DNA from: Macrostomum lignano
Lineage: Eukaryota
Direction: 5' to 3'
DNA: 64,000 nucleotides
NCBI GenBank assembly: GCA_002269645.1
Contig: NIVC01002150.1
Span: 1-64,000, forward strand
In this document: piece after piece, positions 1 through 13,403 of the stretch
How the letters are laid out: each line of letters opens with the position of its first letter
Numbering within the stretch: position 1 is the first letter of the stretch
The notes under the pieces: model-generated
Seen by the model: the letters and a program-made list of their open reading frames with translations, nothing else
Database searches by the model: none
What the model was told of the DNA's origin: nothing
Position numbers and translations under genes: made by a program

Positions 1-298
1 ATCGCCCTTTTTGTTGTCTCTGGAGCTTCGAGTCTGCGCTCTTGACGTCACCCTCGCATACTTATTTGTCTCTCCCCTCTCAGACAGGCCTCACGCGGGT
101 TTGGATTTTGCAGTAGCTATTCGAGCTTTAGCTGCCGAATCTAATTAATAAAACAAATTAGCCTTACTGTAACGCAGCGGGTCGCGTGCTGGGTCGAAAA
201 TTTACGAAACTGAAGGTACTGCTAATTCACACCTATAGTAAACAGTATGTGGACGGGTCTCGACTGCAGAATAGAGACGCGATACTGCTATGATAACA

Positions 299-830
299 GA
301 TAATGCTAATTGCTAATGCCATAGACTAACTGATAATGCTAATTGCTAATGTCATAGACTAACTGATAATGCTAATTGCTAATGCCATAGACTAACTGAT
401 AATGCTAATTGCTAATGTCATAGACTAACTGATAATGCTAATTGCTAATGTCATAGACTAACTGATAATGCTAATTGCTAATGCCATAGACTAACTGATA
501 ATGCTAATTGCTAATGTCATAGACTAACTGATAATGCTAATTGCTAATGTCATAGACTAACTGATAATGCTAATTGCTAATGCCATAGACTAACTGATAA
601 TGCTAATTGCTAATGCCATAGACTAACTGATAATGCTAATTGCTAATGCCATAGACTAACTGATAATGCTAATTGCTAATGCCATAGACTAACTGATAAT
701 GCTAATTGCTAATGCCATAGACTAACTGATAATGCTAATTGCTAATGCCATAGACTAACTGATAATGCTAATTGCTAATGCCATAGACTAACTGATAATG
801 CTAATTGCTAATGCCATAGACTAACTGATA
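299..830. repeat. 33-bp minisatellite (GATAATGCTAATTGCTAATGYCATAGACTAACT), about 16 copies
   Basis: Unit period read directly (GATAAT at 332 and 365). Confidence 0.97.
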
Positions 831-2421
831 GACCAACATGGACTATCACTAAGAGCCATATTGCTCTTAAATTTTCAAACAATGCCTAGGAAATTTACTA
901 TTTTAGGATAAAAAGGGAAAAATTATCCGACTAGAATTAAAAACGAAATTTTCTGCTATTGTCTTATCGCACAATACACCTGCAGCTTCTACTATTGATG
1001 CTATACGTTTCCGTTGACTATATTTCTACCTTTTGTTAGGCTGTTTGCTTTTAAGGACGTTACTTGCATGATGAGGCATACAGCAAGCCCGACAGAGTCT
1101 CATTGCTGCTACCTCGATAGATTGGCTTCCTTTAGAGGGGGGGGGGAGGGTGCTCGGATTATGAGTGCACGATCTAAATCAACTACTCTTTACTTCATTC
1201 AAATTGGTGCGCGGCCGTCAGCGTGGCAGCGTGGCCAGAGTGGCAAATATTTTATACAGGCACACCATAGAAAGCCATAGACAACATAAATAAATCTGGT
1301 TTTAACTGCCAGCAATTTGGGCAATTTGAGTATAATGTTCGTGAAATAAACCGAATTGATAGAAAAAGAAATTGCATGGTGAGGTCAGTTCTTAGTCTAA
1401 TGGTGAATATGAATTCTGCAACGCAAAAAATTCGACACAGTAAAAGGTATAGTTTCCTAGCGTTGAAACTTAAGCTAGCTATTATTCTACTTACGAATAT
1501 TGGACGTTTGAAGGCCGAATGTACGAGAGTAGAGAAATGTCCATGGTCTCTTGGTGTCATCTGTTGAACGTCCAGAAGCTCCGCCTGGGTGAAGGCCAGT
1601 GACCAACGAAGTTAGAGCTGATGCAGACGCATGTGGTCGTCGTGCTGATGAAAGTTGGAGGCTTGGCAAGGCTGCACTGAGGCGCAGTGCTGTCGACCTT
1701 CTGGCAGAATCATTGAATATCTCGACGTTCCAGAGGGCTGGCGACTTGATTATTGATTAAGAAAGTTTGCAGCAAAAAGTTGTGAATTCCGTGTGCCTGC
1801 GTTGCTACGTTCCGGCGCAGCAAAGTTTTTGTTGGGTCAAATTCTAATCCTTACAAGCTCTTGCTTTGAATACGGTAGTGAAGGTGTGCCAAGCTATAGT
1901 CGTAGTTAAAATTAATAATTGGTACAGCTGCAGAGCAAGTAAGGAATAAGCATTATGCAAACAGTCTGGCTCTGTTTTCTCAGCCAAAATTGGAGGGAAA
2001 GTAAAGCCTGCCAATATGTTGAACCAACGCCGGCAATGGAAGCATGGAAGCTGTCTCAGCTGATGAAGCAGACAGACTCCTTTATGCGGCTGCTAAGCAC
2101 AAATCATGTCGCTATGTAAGCTTGGGAAGGGGCCGCCTCCTTCCTTCCTGTCGTGCTTGCAAAGAGAAATTGAATTGAAAACAGACAGCACCGGCTTAAA
2201 TAATTCAAAACTAACTGGTGCTGGCTGCAACAGGCTCCAGGGGTAGAACTTTACCATTTTTCCTCTCTGAAAATCTGATAGACCAGCGTGGAAGTCAACC
2301 AAATCAGAAGACTCCTTAGAGACACAGAGACTCCTCAATGTCGTTCGAGTGTTCTGTTTGACAGCCAGTTTTAAGTTCGAGACAAGGACAGCAACTTCTC
2401 CCTGCTTCAAGAGAACTCATT

Positions 2422-2940
2422 TCTGCAACAGTAGCTAACTCTGCAACAGTAGCTAACTCTGCAACAGTAGCTAACTCTGCAACAGTAGCTAACTCTGCAA
2501 CAGTAGCTAACTCTGCAACAGTAGCTAACTCTGCAACAGTAGCTAACTCTGCAACAGTAGCTAACTCTGCAACAGTAGCTAACTCTGCAACAGTAGCTAA
2601 CTCTGCAACAGTAGCTAACTCTGCAACAGTAGCTAACTCTGCAACAGTAGCTTACTCTACAACAGTAGCTAACTCTGCAACAGTAGCTAACTCTGCAACA
2701 GTAGCTAACTCTGCAACAGTAGCTAACTCTGCAACAGTAGCTAACTCTGCAACAGTAGCTAACTCTGCAACAGTAGCTTACTCTACAACAGTAGCTAACT
2801 CTGCAACAGTAGCTAACTCTGCAACAGTAGCTAACTCTGCAACAGTAGCTAACTCTGCAACAGTAGCTAACTCTGCAACAGTAGCTAACTCTGCAACAGT
2901 AGCTTACTCTACAACAGTAGCTAACTCTGCAACAGTAGTA
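2422..2940. repeat. 18-bp minisatellite (TCTGCAACAGTAGCTAAC), about 29 copies, degenerate to about 3010
   Basis: Direct tandem periodicity. Confidence 0.97.
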
Positions 2941-4813
2941 GCTACAAACTCAATAGCTAACTCTCATCTCTGCAACAGTAGCTTACTCTTAACCTTGCAA
3001 CAGTAGTTAATTCTCAACTCTGCGACTCTGCAAGAGCGACAAGCGGCCCAAGCGACCTGTTGCGCCATTGGCGACTCCAGCTGGCAAACAACATAATTTG
3101 GTGCAGGAAGGTGCCCGGAATCCGCGCCCTGCTGCTCCTATTTTAAGACCCCAACTGACAGCGTATTTCTTTTTTGTTGTTGTTGACTATAAACTCTGCG
3201 GCAACATAATTGCAATCTAAGCAGAAATTCAGGAACAGGAAGACACAAAACTCTCGGTTGTTTAGGTCGCAAATTCTCGCCAACTTTGCCGAGCCACACT
3301 TGAGCGCTCGGCTCCCCACAGCTCAGGTGCTTGAAGGCAAACAGAAAAACCGAGAGCAAGAGCACGACTTACCACCCAGAGGGTGAAACTGAGAGACGAG
3401 AACGGAAGAGAAAGAGAGACAGGGAGAGAGAGAGAGTGACGAGACAAGAGAGAGCATTTTCTCTCTAGGCCATAGATTCTGCATGGCAACTAGTGCAAAC
3501 ACCGCGGGCCGGTTAAACAGACAGCATTGGCAGTTACGTGTTGCCACAGTAAACATGCCTCTCAGAACCACCGAAGCCTAACAACGAAAAGCCAGTTCTG
3601 GCTGCCGCTCGCTGCTCGCACAGAAACAGATGCTAAAGTGCCAAAGACCTCTCGAAAAGCAAAAAAAGCTTGCTTTATAAAGCTAGAGAGTACTTTTTAC
3701 GAGTATCGTCTGTCGAGGAGGCATTACAGTCTCGCGTTCATCAGTAGTCACTCGCTAATGAATTGATTAGCCATAGTGTGTGCTAATTGGTCAATTCAAT
3801 CGAACTATTGTTTTGTCCAGCACTTAAATTCAGTATTTACCTTGCCGTGTCTGAATGGCACTTTAGTGTCTAGCAAACATCTGTATGGAAGAGACAACCA
3901 GAAATATAAGGCAAATGTACTTCAGAGAACGGTGCACGGAGTTGGTGTCAATGCTACAACTTTCGTTTATTTGAGAAACGATGCAAGTTTTTAATTGAAT
4001 TGACACAAAATAGCATAAAACGTCACAATCGTATGTACGAGTATGTTATTTATTTTCTACAAAAAAATATTCCTAAACATACTGCTTAAATTAGTAATAT
4101 CAGATATAAAGATATTTCCTTCATAGTTCAGGCGGTAATCTTTTCAAAAGCGACGCTTACCTTGTAGTTAGTACGAGGCCTTTGACGCAAAATTTGAAAC
4201 CTAACTATAAAAAACAGTACCGGGGATGACGGGACATGTCAACAACCTCAAAAAGTCAACTTTCGCATGTTAAAGTACTCGTAGATTATGCTGATCCAAC
4301 GATCCCAACACACAGTATAACATAATACTCGTTAGCTCCGCTCGTTAGGCCAAAGATTGCTCAAATCAGTTTTAAAATGTGTCCAAACCAACTGTACATT
4401 GAGTCAGCTATTGTCAATAATGTTATGAACCGGCCCTTAAATGCGTCTTAAAATTTGCGAACTTGATTTAAGCAATGCAAGTTTACAAGTCAAGCAGCAG
4501 TAAGACGATAAGATAAGACGAGTATCAAAAATTTCGCAAACAATTAAGATAAGAAACAATATGCATCGGTGGCTCTAGCGTTGAGGTGTTGAAAACTGAG
4601 TAAACACCAAGTCAGTGCGCCCATTTACCCCGAGCAAGGAGACTCATGTACATCTGTTGATTCAGGCGGTGTCAAATGCTGGCCATTCTCTACCCTTCTA
4701 TTAAGCTAACCGAGAAAGCATTCCGCCTCTTTCTCAGCCTTGTTAACAGCGGCCCCGCACAAGCAGACACGCGGAACACCCGATTAACCCACAGACTTGC
4801 GAATCGCAGTGTA

Positions 4814-6609
4814 ATGCCAGCCGAAACCGAGGAGATTCCCGAGATCGACATGTCGCAGCAGTCGGAGGCCGTGGTTGCTGAGCAGCTGGTGTCGGCGCTC
4901 ACCACCGTCGGCTTCTGCTATGCGGTCGGCCACGGCGTCCCGCAGGAGACGGTGGCGTCCGCCTTCGCCGAGTCGGCCGGCTTCTTCGAGCGTCCGCTGT
5001 CCGAGAAGCTGCGGCACCGTCGCGACTGGCGCAAGTCGACCTGCGGCTACATCCCGCCTCACTGGGCCAGCACCGGTGACCCGGACGAGCCTCCCGTCGA
5101 GCGGTTCAGCCTCGACGCTCCGCCGGACGAGAAGGAGGTGCTGGACGTGTGCCACACCTGTGACGACACCGTCTGGCCCTCGAAGTCATTCCGGAAGGCT
5201 TCGCTGGACCTCATCAGCGCGGCTCAGGTAAGTTGAGTCTGATACAGTCACCATTATTCACCGTTATTCACTACTCAGCTACAGCTATTTTTCCGACGCT
5301 CCCCGCAGGACCTGACGCTGCGCCTTGTGCGTCTAATCGGCCGGGGCCTCGGCCTCAGCCCTCCCGACCAGCTGGCTGACGCCTTCGCGGGATTCGCTAC
5401 GCCCGGAAACACCAGCGAGCTGCGCATGCTGCACTACCCGCCGCTGCCACCGGTGACTGACGGCACAGTCTGTGGAGACAGGTGCGGAGAGCACACTGAC
5501 TATGGAATCATCACGCTGGTGTTCTGCGACTCGCAGCCCGGACTGCAGGTGAGAAGTTGCTGTTTCTACTATCGGTAATAAACAACTCACATCCTGAGCG
5601 CCTGATATTCGAGCAGTTTGATGTCTGATGTTCGATGTCTCCTGAAACATGCTTAGTAATTGAAAAATCTCTTTATTATCTCTTTTTGTCCCCTAAATCT
5701 CTTCATTAGGACTAAGTATTGGAGGGGGGGCAATGCCGACAAAATCTTAGGGAACAGATGTACCCCTGTATGTATGATAATAAAAATAATAATAGTACTA
5801 ATAATAATAGTAATAATAATAATAATAATAATAGTAATAGTAACTGATTACACCTGCCCTAATGGGCAGATGTGCAACCGACAGCTCAGCCGCAGCTATT
5901 GTCCAAGGACTGGGGGGTCGCCACACACACCCTCAATTACCCTAGCTAATGCTGGCACCCATTTTACAGCTGGGTGAACTGAAGCAATGCAGGCGGAAGT
6001 ATCTTGCTTAAGGACACAAATTGTTCCGAGTGGGATCGGAAATCGAACCCCCGACCTTCAAGTCGTGAGTTCGACTCTCTAACGACTAGAAAACCTACAA
6101 GAAAAATAAGCTTTTGATATGCAGTTACCATCGAAACGTTTTGGTCGCGTAAATCTCTTTAGACATTATTCGTTCGCATCTCTTATACAGCTTTGTTAGC
6201 CGCCTAATTCGTACTGTTTTTTCAAAGAGAATTCGCATGATCGTGAACCTAGAAAAAACACCACCATCCTCACCTGTCAGGTGCTGTCCCGGTCTGCCCG
6301 CTACCTTGACGCGAACCCGCGTCCGGTCGCGTCCTGGTGAACATCGGCGACCTCATGCAGCGCTGGACTGGCGGTCGGCTACACTCCGCCAGGCACCGAG
6401 TGCTGGCACCGACTGACCCGAAGCTGCGCTCCCAGCCTCGCTACAGCTTGGTGTACTTCACGCAGTGCGACGACGAGTACATTGTCCGACCGTTGCTAGG
6501 AGACCCGGACAGCTTCCCGCCGGTGAAGACCGGTGAGCACATGCGCAGGCGCTTCGAAGAGACCTTCCTGCTGGGCCAGGGCATCGACCCGCAGCTGCCG
6601 CCGCTCTGA
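4814..6609 (+). CDS. 2-oxoglutarate/Fe(II) oxygenase (IPNS/DIOX_N + 2OG-FeII_Oxy type), paralog A; 1-nt deletion in exon 3 (pseudogene or assembly error)
   Basis: Exons 4814-5227, 5309-5548 and 6281-6609 with GT-AG introns, all phase 0. Motifs: VGFCYAVGHGV (DIOX_N), RCGEHTDYG (HxD), HSARHRV (distal His), RYSLVYF (RxS). Compared with paralog B, CCTGGT reads CCGGT at 6324/6325, giving a premature TGA at 6338-6340. Confidence 0.88.
5776..6096 (-). mobile_element. tRNA-derived CORE-type SINE in intron 2 of oxygenase A
   Basis: The reverse complement matches the copy at 34060-34360: tRNA-like head with B-box-like GGTTCGATTTCC, CORE-like GTGTCCTTAAGCAAG...CAGCTGTAAAATGGG, and a (TTA)n tail. It has a deletion of about 35 bp relative to the other copy. 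Confidence 0.85.
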
Positions 6610-7870
6610 CCAGGGCCGAAACCAACGATGGAAATGCTGCCGTTACTTGAACTGTTGATTTCCACTCAATACCAATTAGAATGCTGTTTGGTACCCAGAA
6701 ATTCCCACATGCACTAATAGTGTTTGAATATTTCTGTCCTTTTGTCGCGTTAATTTAGTAGATGCAATGATACAATTCATCTTTATGCATAAATTAGCGT
6801 AACATTATTCTCAATGATTACCGTGTGTTACCATTAGGTATTTTCAGATTTGCCTCATTTTCTTCCAAAAAGTAAATTTTGTTAAAGTTGCGAATTTTCT
6901 TTAGGTAAACTGCTTCTTGTTACCCATGAATATACTCGGCATCATTATATTTTTTTAAATAAAAATTTCTTAAAGCCTTGACAAAAGCCTTAGCCCCTGA
7001 TAATATTTTGCAGTGCATGGGGCGGACAAGCCTGAATTCTACAGAACAGCATCTGTACTTGGCGTATGACCTTCTTTTGTCTGAGCGCACAGCTTATTTC
7101 TGTCACCATCGAATTATTTGGCATCAATGGAAAAAAAGACTCTTCCATTTTAAATTTACCTCGTATACGCATAAAAACAGTTTGCAGTTTAGCTTGTACA
7201 TGCTTTATATGCTCTCAGCTAAATCAACTAGAATTACTTTTAGCGTTCAGACTCGTGTGTTTCAAGACTTCATATTGAAATTTCATATCAACAAAACTTC
7301 ATATCCGAAACTTCATATCTCAGTTGGGATTAAGGCTATGGTTAGGGTTAGGTTTAGGCTTGCCGGGCATATGAAAGGTTCGAAGATATAAAAGGTTCCT
7401 AAAAATCAATGAAGACACACGACGGAACAACCAGAGCTTGAATTAGCTCATTTGCCGTTCTATTTTTGTCAGTAAAAGAGACGGAGAACTGTCGCATAGA
7501 GAGGAGGGAGTGGAATGTCACTCGCGCATGCTTGAAGGACCGATAAGAACAAGAAGAAACTGGCTGGAGTAGAGAAGATCGAGGGAAGGACGCCGAAGCA
7601 GCGCTGTTGTACAGCTGGAGTGCATCCATTATTCACCCGCTATAGGACAGGTGTGCAATGCAACTCCGTCACCGCAGTCTATTCCGTCACTGTCTGCATA
7701 GCCATTGACTAATCCGGGCCATTGACGGCAGACTCTCCGCTCCCTCCCTGCACCGCCAAGCAGCAAGGCCTCCCCTCCGCGTACAAAAGCAGAGCCCAGT
7801 GCAAAGCGGCCCCGCACAAGCAGACACGCGGAACACCCGATTAACCCACAGACTTGCGAATCGCAACGAA

Positions 7871-9177
7871 ATGCCAGCTGAAACTGAGGAGATTCCCGAG
7901 ATCGACATGTCGCAGCAGTCGGAGGCCGTGGTTGCTGAGCAGCTGGTGTCGGCGCTCACCACAGTCGGCTTCTGCTACGCGGTCGGCCACGGCGTCCCGC
8001 AGGAGACGGTGGCGTCCGCCTTCACCGAGTCGGCCGGCTTCTTCGAGCGTCCGCTGTCCGAGAAGCTGCGGCACCGTCGTGACTGGCGCAAGTCGACCTG
8101 CGGCTACATCCCGCCTCACTGGGCCAGCACCAGCGACCCGGACGAGCCTCCCGTCGAGCGGTTCAGCCTCGACGCTCCGCCAGACGAGAAGGAGGTGCTG
8201 GACGTGTGCCACACCTGTGACGACACCGTCTGGCCCTCGGAGTCGTTCCGGAAGGCTTCGCTGGACCTCATCAGCGCGGCTCAGGTAAGTTGAGTCTGAC
8301 GCATCGGAATTGCAGCTTAAGCAGTGCACAGACCCTCAGACGTTTCTCACCTACTCTGCATCATTAAGTAGCTCAGAGCTGCTACCGACAATAACAAAAA
8401 TTTGCTGCTCAAAAGTCTGAACTTAAAACAGAGGAGCAGCGTCACAAGGCGCTCCTAAAACCGAGTGCAGGACGCCAGCGTCTGATCAGCATCCAGCCAC
8501 CCATCACCTCAGTAACTCTTATTGACGCTCCTCGCAGGACCTGACGCTGCGCCTGATGCGTCTGATCGGCGGGGGCCTCGGCCTCAGCCCTCCTGACCAG
8601 CTGGCCGACGCCTTCGTGGGATTCCCCACGCCGGCGAACACAAGCCAGCTGCGCATGCTGCACTACCCGCCGCTGTCCACCGATACCAATGGGTCCGCCA
8701 GCGGCGACCGATGCGGAGAGCACACCGACTACGGTTGCATCACGCTGGTGTTCTGCGACTCGCAGCCCGGACTGCAGGTGAGCTTCCATGCTGCTTCACT
8801 TGTTTGACGCTTTCTGTGTCTGAAACATTTGCCATTGTCCTCGTCAGGTGCTGTCCAGGACTGGTCGCTACCTTGACGCGAACCCGCGTCCTGGTCGCGT
8901 CCTGGTGAACATCGGCGACCTCATGCAGCGCTGGACTGGCGGTCGGCTGCACTCCGCCAGACACCGAGTGCTGGCACCGACTGACCCGAAGCTGCGCTCC
9001 CAGCCTCGCTACAGCCTGGTGTACTTCACGCACTGTGACGACGATTTCACTGTCCGACCGTTGCTAGGAGACCCGGACAGCTTCCCGCCGGTGAAGACCG
9101 GGGAGCACATGCGCAGGCGCTTCGAAGAGACCTTCCAGCTGGGCCAGGGCATCGACCCGCAGCTGCCGCCGCTCTGA
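7871..9177 (+). CDS. 2-oxoglutarate/Fe(II) oxygenase, paralog B (intact, 327 aa)
   Basis: Exons 7871-8284, 8538-8777 and 8848-9177, GT-AG, phase 0. HTD...H iron triad and RYS motif are intact. Confidence 0.93.
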
Positions 9178-10944
9178 CCGAAGCAAACCACCTGATGAAG
9201 ACAGGAGTTTCTGGTTGGTAGGCGGCATCCCTACCTGCTCTATATTTAACCGTGGGTTCCGATCTAACCAAGACAATCAAATGCTGTGGGGCGTAAGGCT
9301 TGCAGATGGAGAACAATTGGTGAATTTATTTATTCTGAGTGCATTCAAAAATCTTGTCTAAAAACGCACATGAGCGTAGTTACGCTCGTATTCTACTATT
9401 CTTAAGCGTTGCCTCCTAAAACAACCAAGTGGCTCCCAAATTGAAGACCCTCTTTGATTCATTGCAATTTTTGTCACAATATTTACTCTTGCCAAATAAA
9501 ATTGCACTTGATAATAATCAGACTCTGTTTACAATGCGTCCATTGTTCCAAATGCTATCAACATATTGCAGAACAAGCAATGTAAATAGCGGTCGTGCTA
9601 AAGCCAACCATAAATGATAAGAAATCTGGACAGGAAATGACAGAGGCCAATCTCTGAGCTGAAACAATGCAGTGATAATGGGGGTCTCGGCCTGCGTCTG
9701 CTCTGTTTCTGGCCAGCGGTTTTTGTCGCGTCGCAGATTAGCATTTCAGCGCTGATCTGATAATCATAAAAGCGAATGCATGCTGCTGAGTGCGAGGAGG
9801 ACGCTGTGGCACAACGGTATCGCATCGTTCTCTTATCCAGGAGGACCTGGGCTCGATTCCTGGTGTAACTGAGTTAATTTTAAGGCAGTGATGGCTCTGG
9901 AGTCCTTAGCAGACTTTTAAACCTCAAGACACGGCTTGTACATCCTAGTTTACATCTGTACGAGTACACACCCAAGCTCAGATGAGGCAGCTCCATGGGA
10001 ATTTCAAACAAATGTTCAGTAATGCCAAAATTAACAATAAAAAAATCATTTTCTTCTTTTCTCTTCAATTTTTTTAAAATGTCGTTTTACAAACGGTACA
10101 CATAGAAAACATACTACGGCAGCTAAAATTTATTTATAAATGAGCTGACGCAGAAAAACTTGGATTTAAACGGGTAAAAAAGCAAACCACGAAGGAAGAA
10201 CAGATATAGCTGCTGCTAGGAGATTCGGTTAACAACAATTAAAAGTAAATTGATTTATCATAGATAAGTTCAAGTAATTGGGAAGCGGGCTTAGTATATA
10301 GCTCAGGCTGCTAGTAGGCCTTTATTATTCTTGTATAAAATATGTAGTAATTATTGAGATAATAAAAATAGACGATACGCAGCTAAGGAGAGCAGTACGA
10401 ACTATCTAAGTTCACTAGCTAATATTTTATAGCAGTTATCATTGCCAAAACAAATAAATTACGCGAAAATTTTAAACATTTAGCAAACAGCGAACAGTGA
10501 GAATATGGACATGGGCGAACCGTGCAAATTTCGTTGCAGGATTGAAATTTTGCAGGTTTTTACTTCTTTATTGAAGATAAAACACCTTCTGGACTTCCGA
10601 ATTGCCAATAAAGCAAGCATGCATTTTGTCCGTGAGATGCAGTCACAAGTTTATCAAGCTGAAGTTTGAGCATTGCCGCTCTGCAATGAAACTTTGCTCT
10701 AGCTTTTTCCTCTATAAACTTGTGAGTGCGCCTCGGACATGTCCGGGAGTCAAGAAGGTGAGATATCGCAGTGCTAAAAACCTGAAAAATTCCTTCTCTC
10801 GCCAATGCAGTTTGTGCAGAGAAAGCAAGTCTTTGGCAAAAATTTCAGGATTTTTGAGTGCAGCATCAATCGATCTGGTGCAGTTGACCTAAAGTGAGAA
10901 CTGGGAGTTCACGGGCTGCCATAGAAAATTAGCGGTACCAATTC

Positions 10945-11259
10945 AGGGAATCAGCTTTTCCTATAGTACTTCGTGTACTTGTAGGATCTGGGGAATCAGC
11001 GGTACCCATAGTAGTTCATGTACTTGTAGGAGCTGAGGAATCAGCGGTACCCATAGTAGTCCATGTACTTGTAGGAGCTGAGGAATCAGCGGTACCCATA
11101 GTAGTCCATGTACTTGTAGGAGCTGAGGAATCAGCGGTACCCATAGTAGTCCATGTACTTGTAGGAGCTGAGGAATCAGCGGTACCCATAGTAGTCCATG
11201 TACTTGTAGGAGCTGGGGAATCAGCGGTACCCATAGTAGTCCATGTACTTGTAGGAGCT
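10945..11259. repeat. 45-bp tandem repeat, 7 copies, derived from the last codons and stop of the CCDC181-like CDS
   Basis: The minus-strand unit encodes SSYKYMDYYGYR-stop; the copies farthest from the CDS are the most degenerate. Confidence 0.93.
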
Positions 11260-13403
11260 GGCTACAAGTAGAGCATTGGCCAGAGCCTGCGACTTCCTTG
11301 ACCGGCGCATGGCCAGCTGGGTCACGCGGGCCCGCTGTCGCTCGCACATCTCCTCGTATAGTTTCTGCTCTTCCTTGCGACGGAGCCACCTGGCAGAGAA
11401 TTAACGGGTTTTGAATGAGTACAGTCCAATGGCTCTAAATGATTCAAATTTTTGTTCACAGCCAGCCGCTTGCGAGTAAGAAAATGCAAACCAGGAAATT
11501 ACCAGACAGCAAAAAGAAAATACAGTTTTGTGCTTAGTTTTCTACACCGAAATCACCCCACATTGACAACTCGTCACTGAAACCGATGCCAGCATTCTCT
11601 GCGTATTACGTATACTTGCGCTTAATTGAATTAAGAAACCAACTCTTCTACTGTTAGTAGTCGCATTGAGTATTTCTTATCGATTTTGTCCTAAATAAAA
11701 TTGAACGACGCATCCCTGAAGCTGGAGGCCGGGTAGGGTCTCCTTCAGAGATCAATTATGCATTGGATTGAGGCACATATTTGAACCCATTGGTAGGCAA
11801 GCTAAAAAACTCTGTCAGCAAGAATTAACGCGGCTCAGTGTTTCTAAGCTTCACTAAGTGAATTTTAGCTGCAACCTGTCCAACATGGGCTGGTGGATCA
11901 AAGCTGGGTCAGTACTCTCTGCTCTTGCACCTGTCACATTGGATTAAGGATTAGCAAATGCTTGTTCTGGAAAGAATTTCGAAGTGCAATAAAATAAATT
12001 CACTTACAGCTTGAAAGCCCTCCGGCACTGCCTTGAAGTGCGCGTCTCAGAGTGCTCAATCATCTCCTCGCGCTCCATCTCTTGGTATTTCTTCTCCTTC
12101 TTCTGCTGCTTCCGCTTGCTCTGCAGCCAGTCTTCGAAGCTCGGCTTGCCATTCCGCTGGCGCTCTTGCTGCTCCTGCTCTTCCTGCTGCCGCTGCCGCC
12201 GCTCCGCCTCTTGGCGCTCCTTCTCGTCTTTCTGCTGCTCACTTTTGGCGCGCAGCCAAGCATCAAAGCCGGCGCCATTGTCTTGACGCTGCGCGCGCTC
12301 ACGCGCCTCGGCCTCCTCGCGGCGCTCCCGCTCTCGCCGCTCCCGCCGCTGCTGCTGCCGCTTGGCCCGCAGCCAGGCCTGGAATGCCAGCTCGTTGTCC
12401 CGCTCCCGCTCGTCCTGGCAACCGTTGCTACGCGCGCTGCCCGGCCGGCCGTTGCCGTTGACTGACGAGCGGCCGTTTGAGTCGCGCCGTTGCTGCCGCG
12501 GCGCCGAGCTCGGCCGGCCGCGTGGACCGCCGCCACCGCCGCTCGGCTCCCCGTTGCTTTCGCTGTCGCGGCCGCTCAGCTCCAGATCTTCGTCGCTGTC
12601 GCTGTCGATTTGATCGGCTTCCACCTCTCGCCTATCGACGTACTTGTACTGGCCACCGTCGCTGACTATAAGCACCTTCCCTGAGCCCGGCTGGTCGCCG
12701 CCGCCGTCCGTCTCCACTGGTTGCTGGCGATCCGGCGTCGATTTCTCAGCGTCGTCGCTGTCGGTCTCCGGCCGCTGCTCGGGTGGCGTCTGAGGCGGCG
12801 AATCGTCTGAATCGGCCTCGTCCTCGGCCGGTAGCTGCGTCGGTGGTGACGGCGACGGGGCGACCTGGACGAGCTCGGCGCTGAATCGAACCCGTGACGG
12901 CCTGGCCGCGGATTCCTCTGGCGACGGTTCACGCTCCAGTTCGGCATTGAGCTGGTCGAGCCGGGCCAGGGTATCCTCGTAGTCGGGGCCGGGCTCTGCG
13001 AAGGGCACCGGTGGTCGATTTTGAAACGTATTTTTCAGGCCAATTAAATTCTCCAAAAACTGACTGCCCTCTACATCCAGCATGGAGTTCTTCAGCTTTA
13101 TCTTCTGGAACTTTGAAGTTGCCTTGAAGCAAATTCAAGTAAATCGTATTTCAGCTCACCTTGCAAAGCCTTTAGAAATTCATCGTCGGCTTCCTCTGGA
13201 ATTTTTATTTATTTAGGCATTAATAATCGCATCAAATCAAAGGAAATTTTGAAAGTAGGACACATAGTGGCAAAAAGAGAGCTTGACACACCAGTCCAAT
13301 CATCAGCGCTGATTGTCTGCAGCCTGTCTAACTCCTCCATTGCTGCTAGCTGATCATCTCTCAGGCCGTACTCATCATGTTGTGGCTCATCCTGCTCAGT
13401 CAT
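11221..13403 (-). CDS. CCDC181: Coiled-coil domain-containing protein 181-like (microtubule/cilia-associated), about 434 aa
   Basis: Phase-compatible exons 13403-13292, 13195-13160, 12995-12008 and 11389-11221 (1305 nt, open). Family-like motifs recognised from memory: RLDQLNAEL...RVRFSAELVQV, KVLIVSDG, repeated AFQAWLRAK/FDAWLRAK/FEDWLQSK/AFKLWLRRK, and C-terminal YKYMDYY. Confidence 0.78.

Noticed and set aside
1487-2410. Minus-strand ORFs of 60-105 aa with one good donor (about 1496)
   Set aside because: No recognisable domain, and I could not build a phase-consistent gene.
9800-9870. tRNA-like sequence with A-box and B-box-like motifs
   Set aside because: No convincing acceptor stem or cloverleaf; at most a decayed SINE head.
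13084-13130. Possible extra exon and upstream ATG (MLDVEGSQ...) for CCDC181-like
   Set aside because: Including it breaks the frame; direct splicing 13160 to 12995 gives an open, family-like protein.
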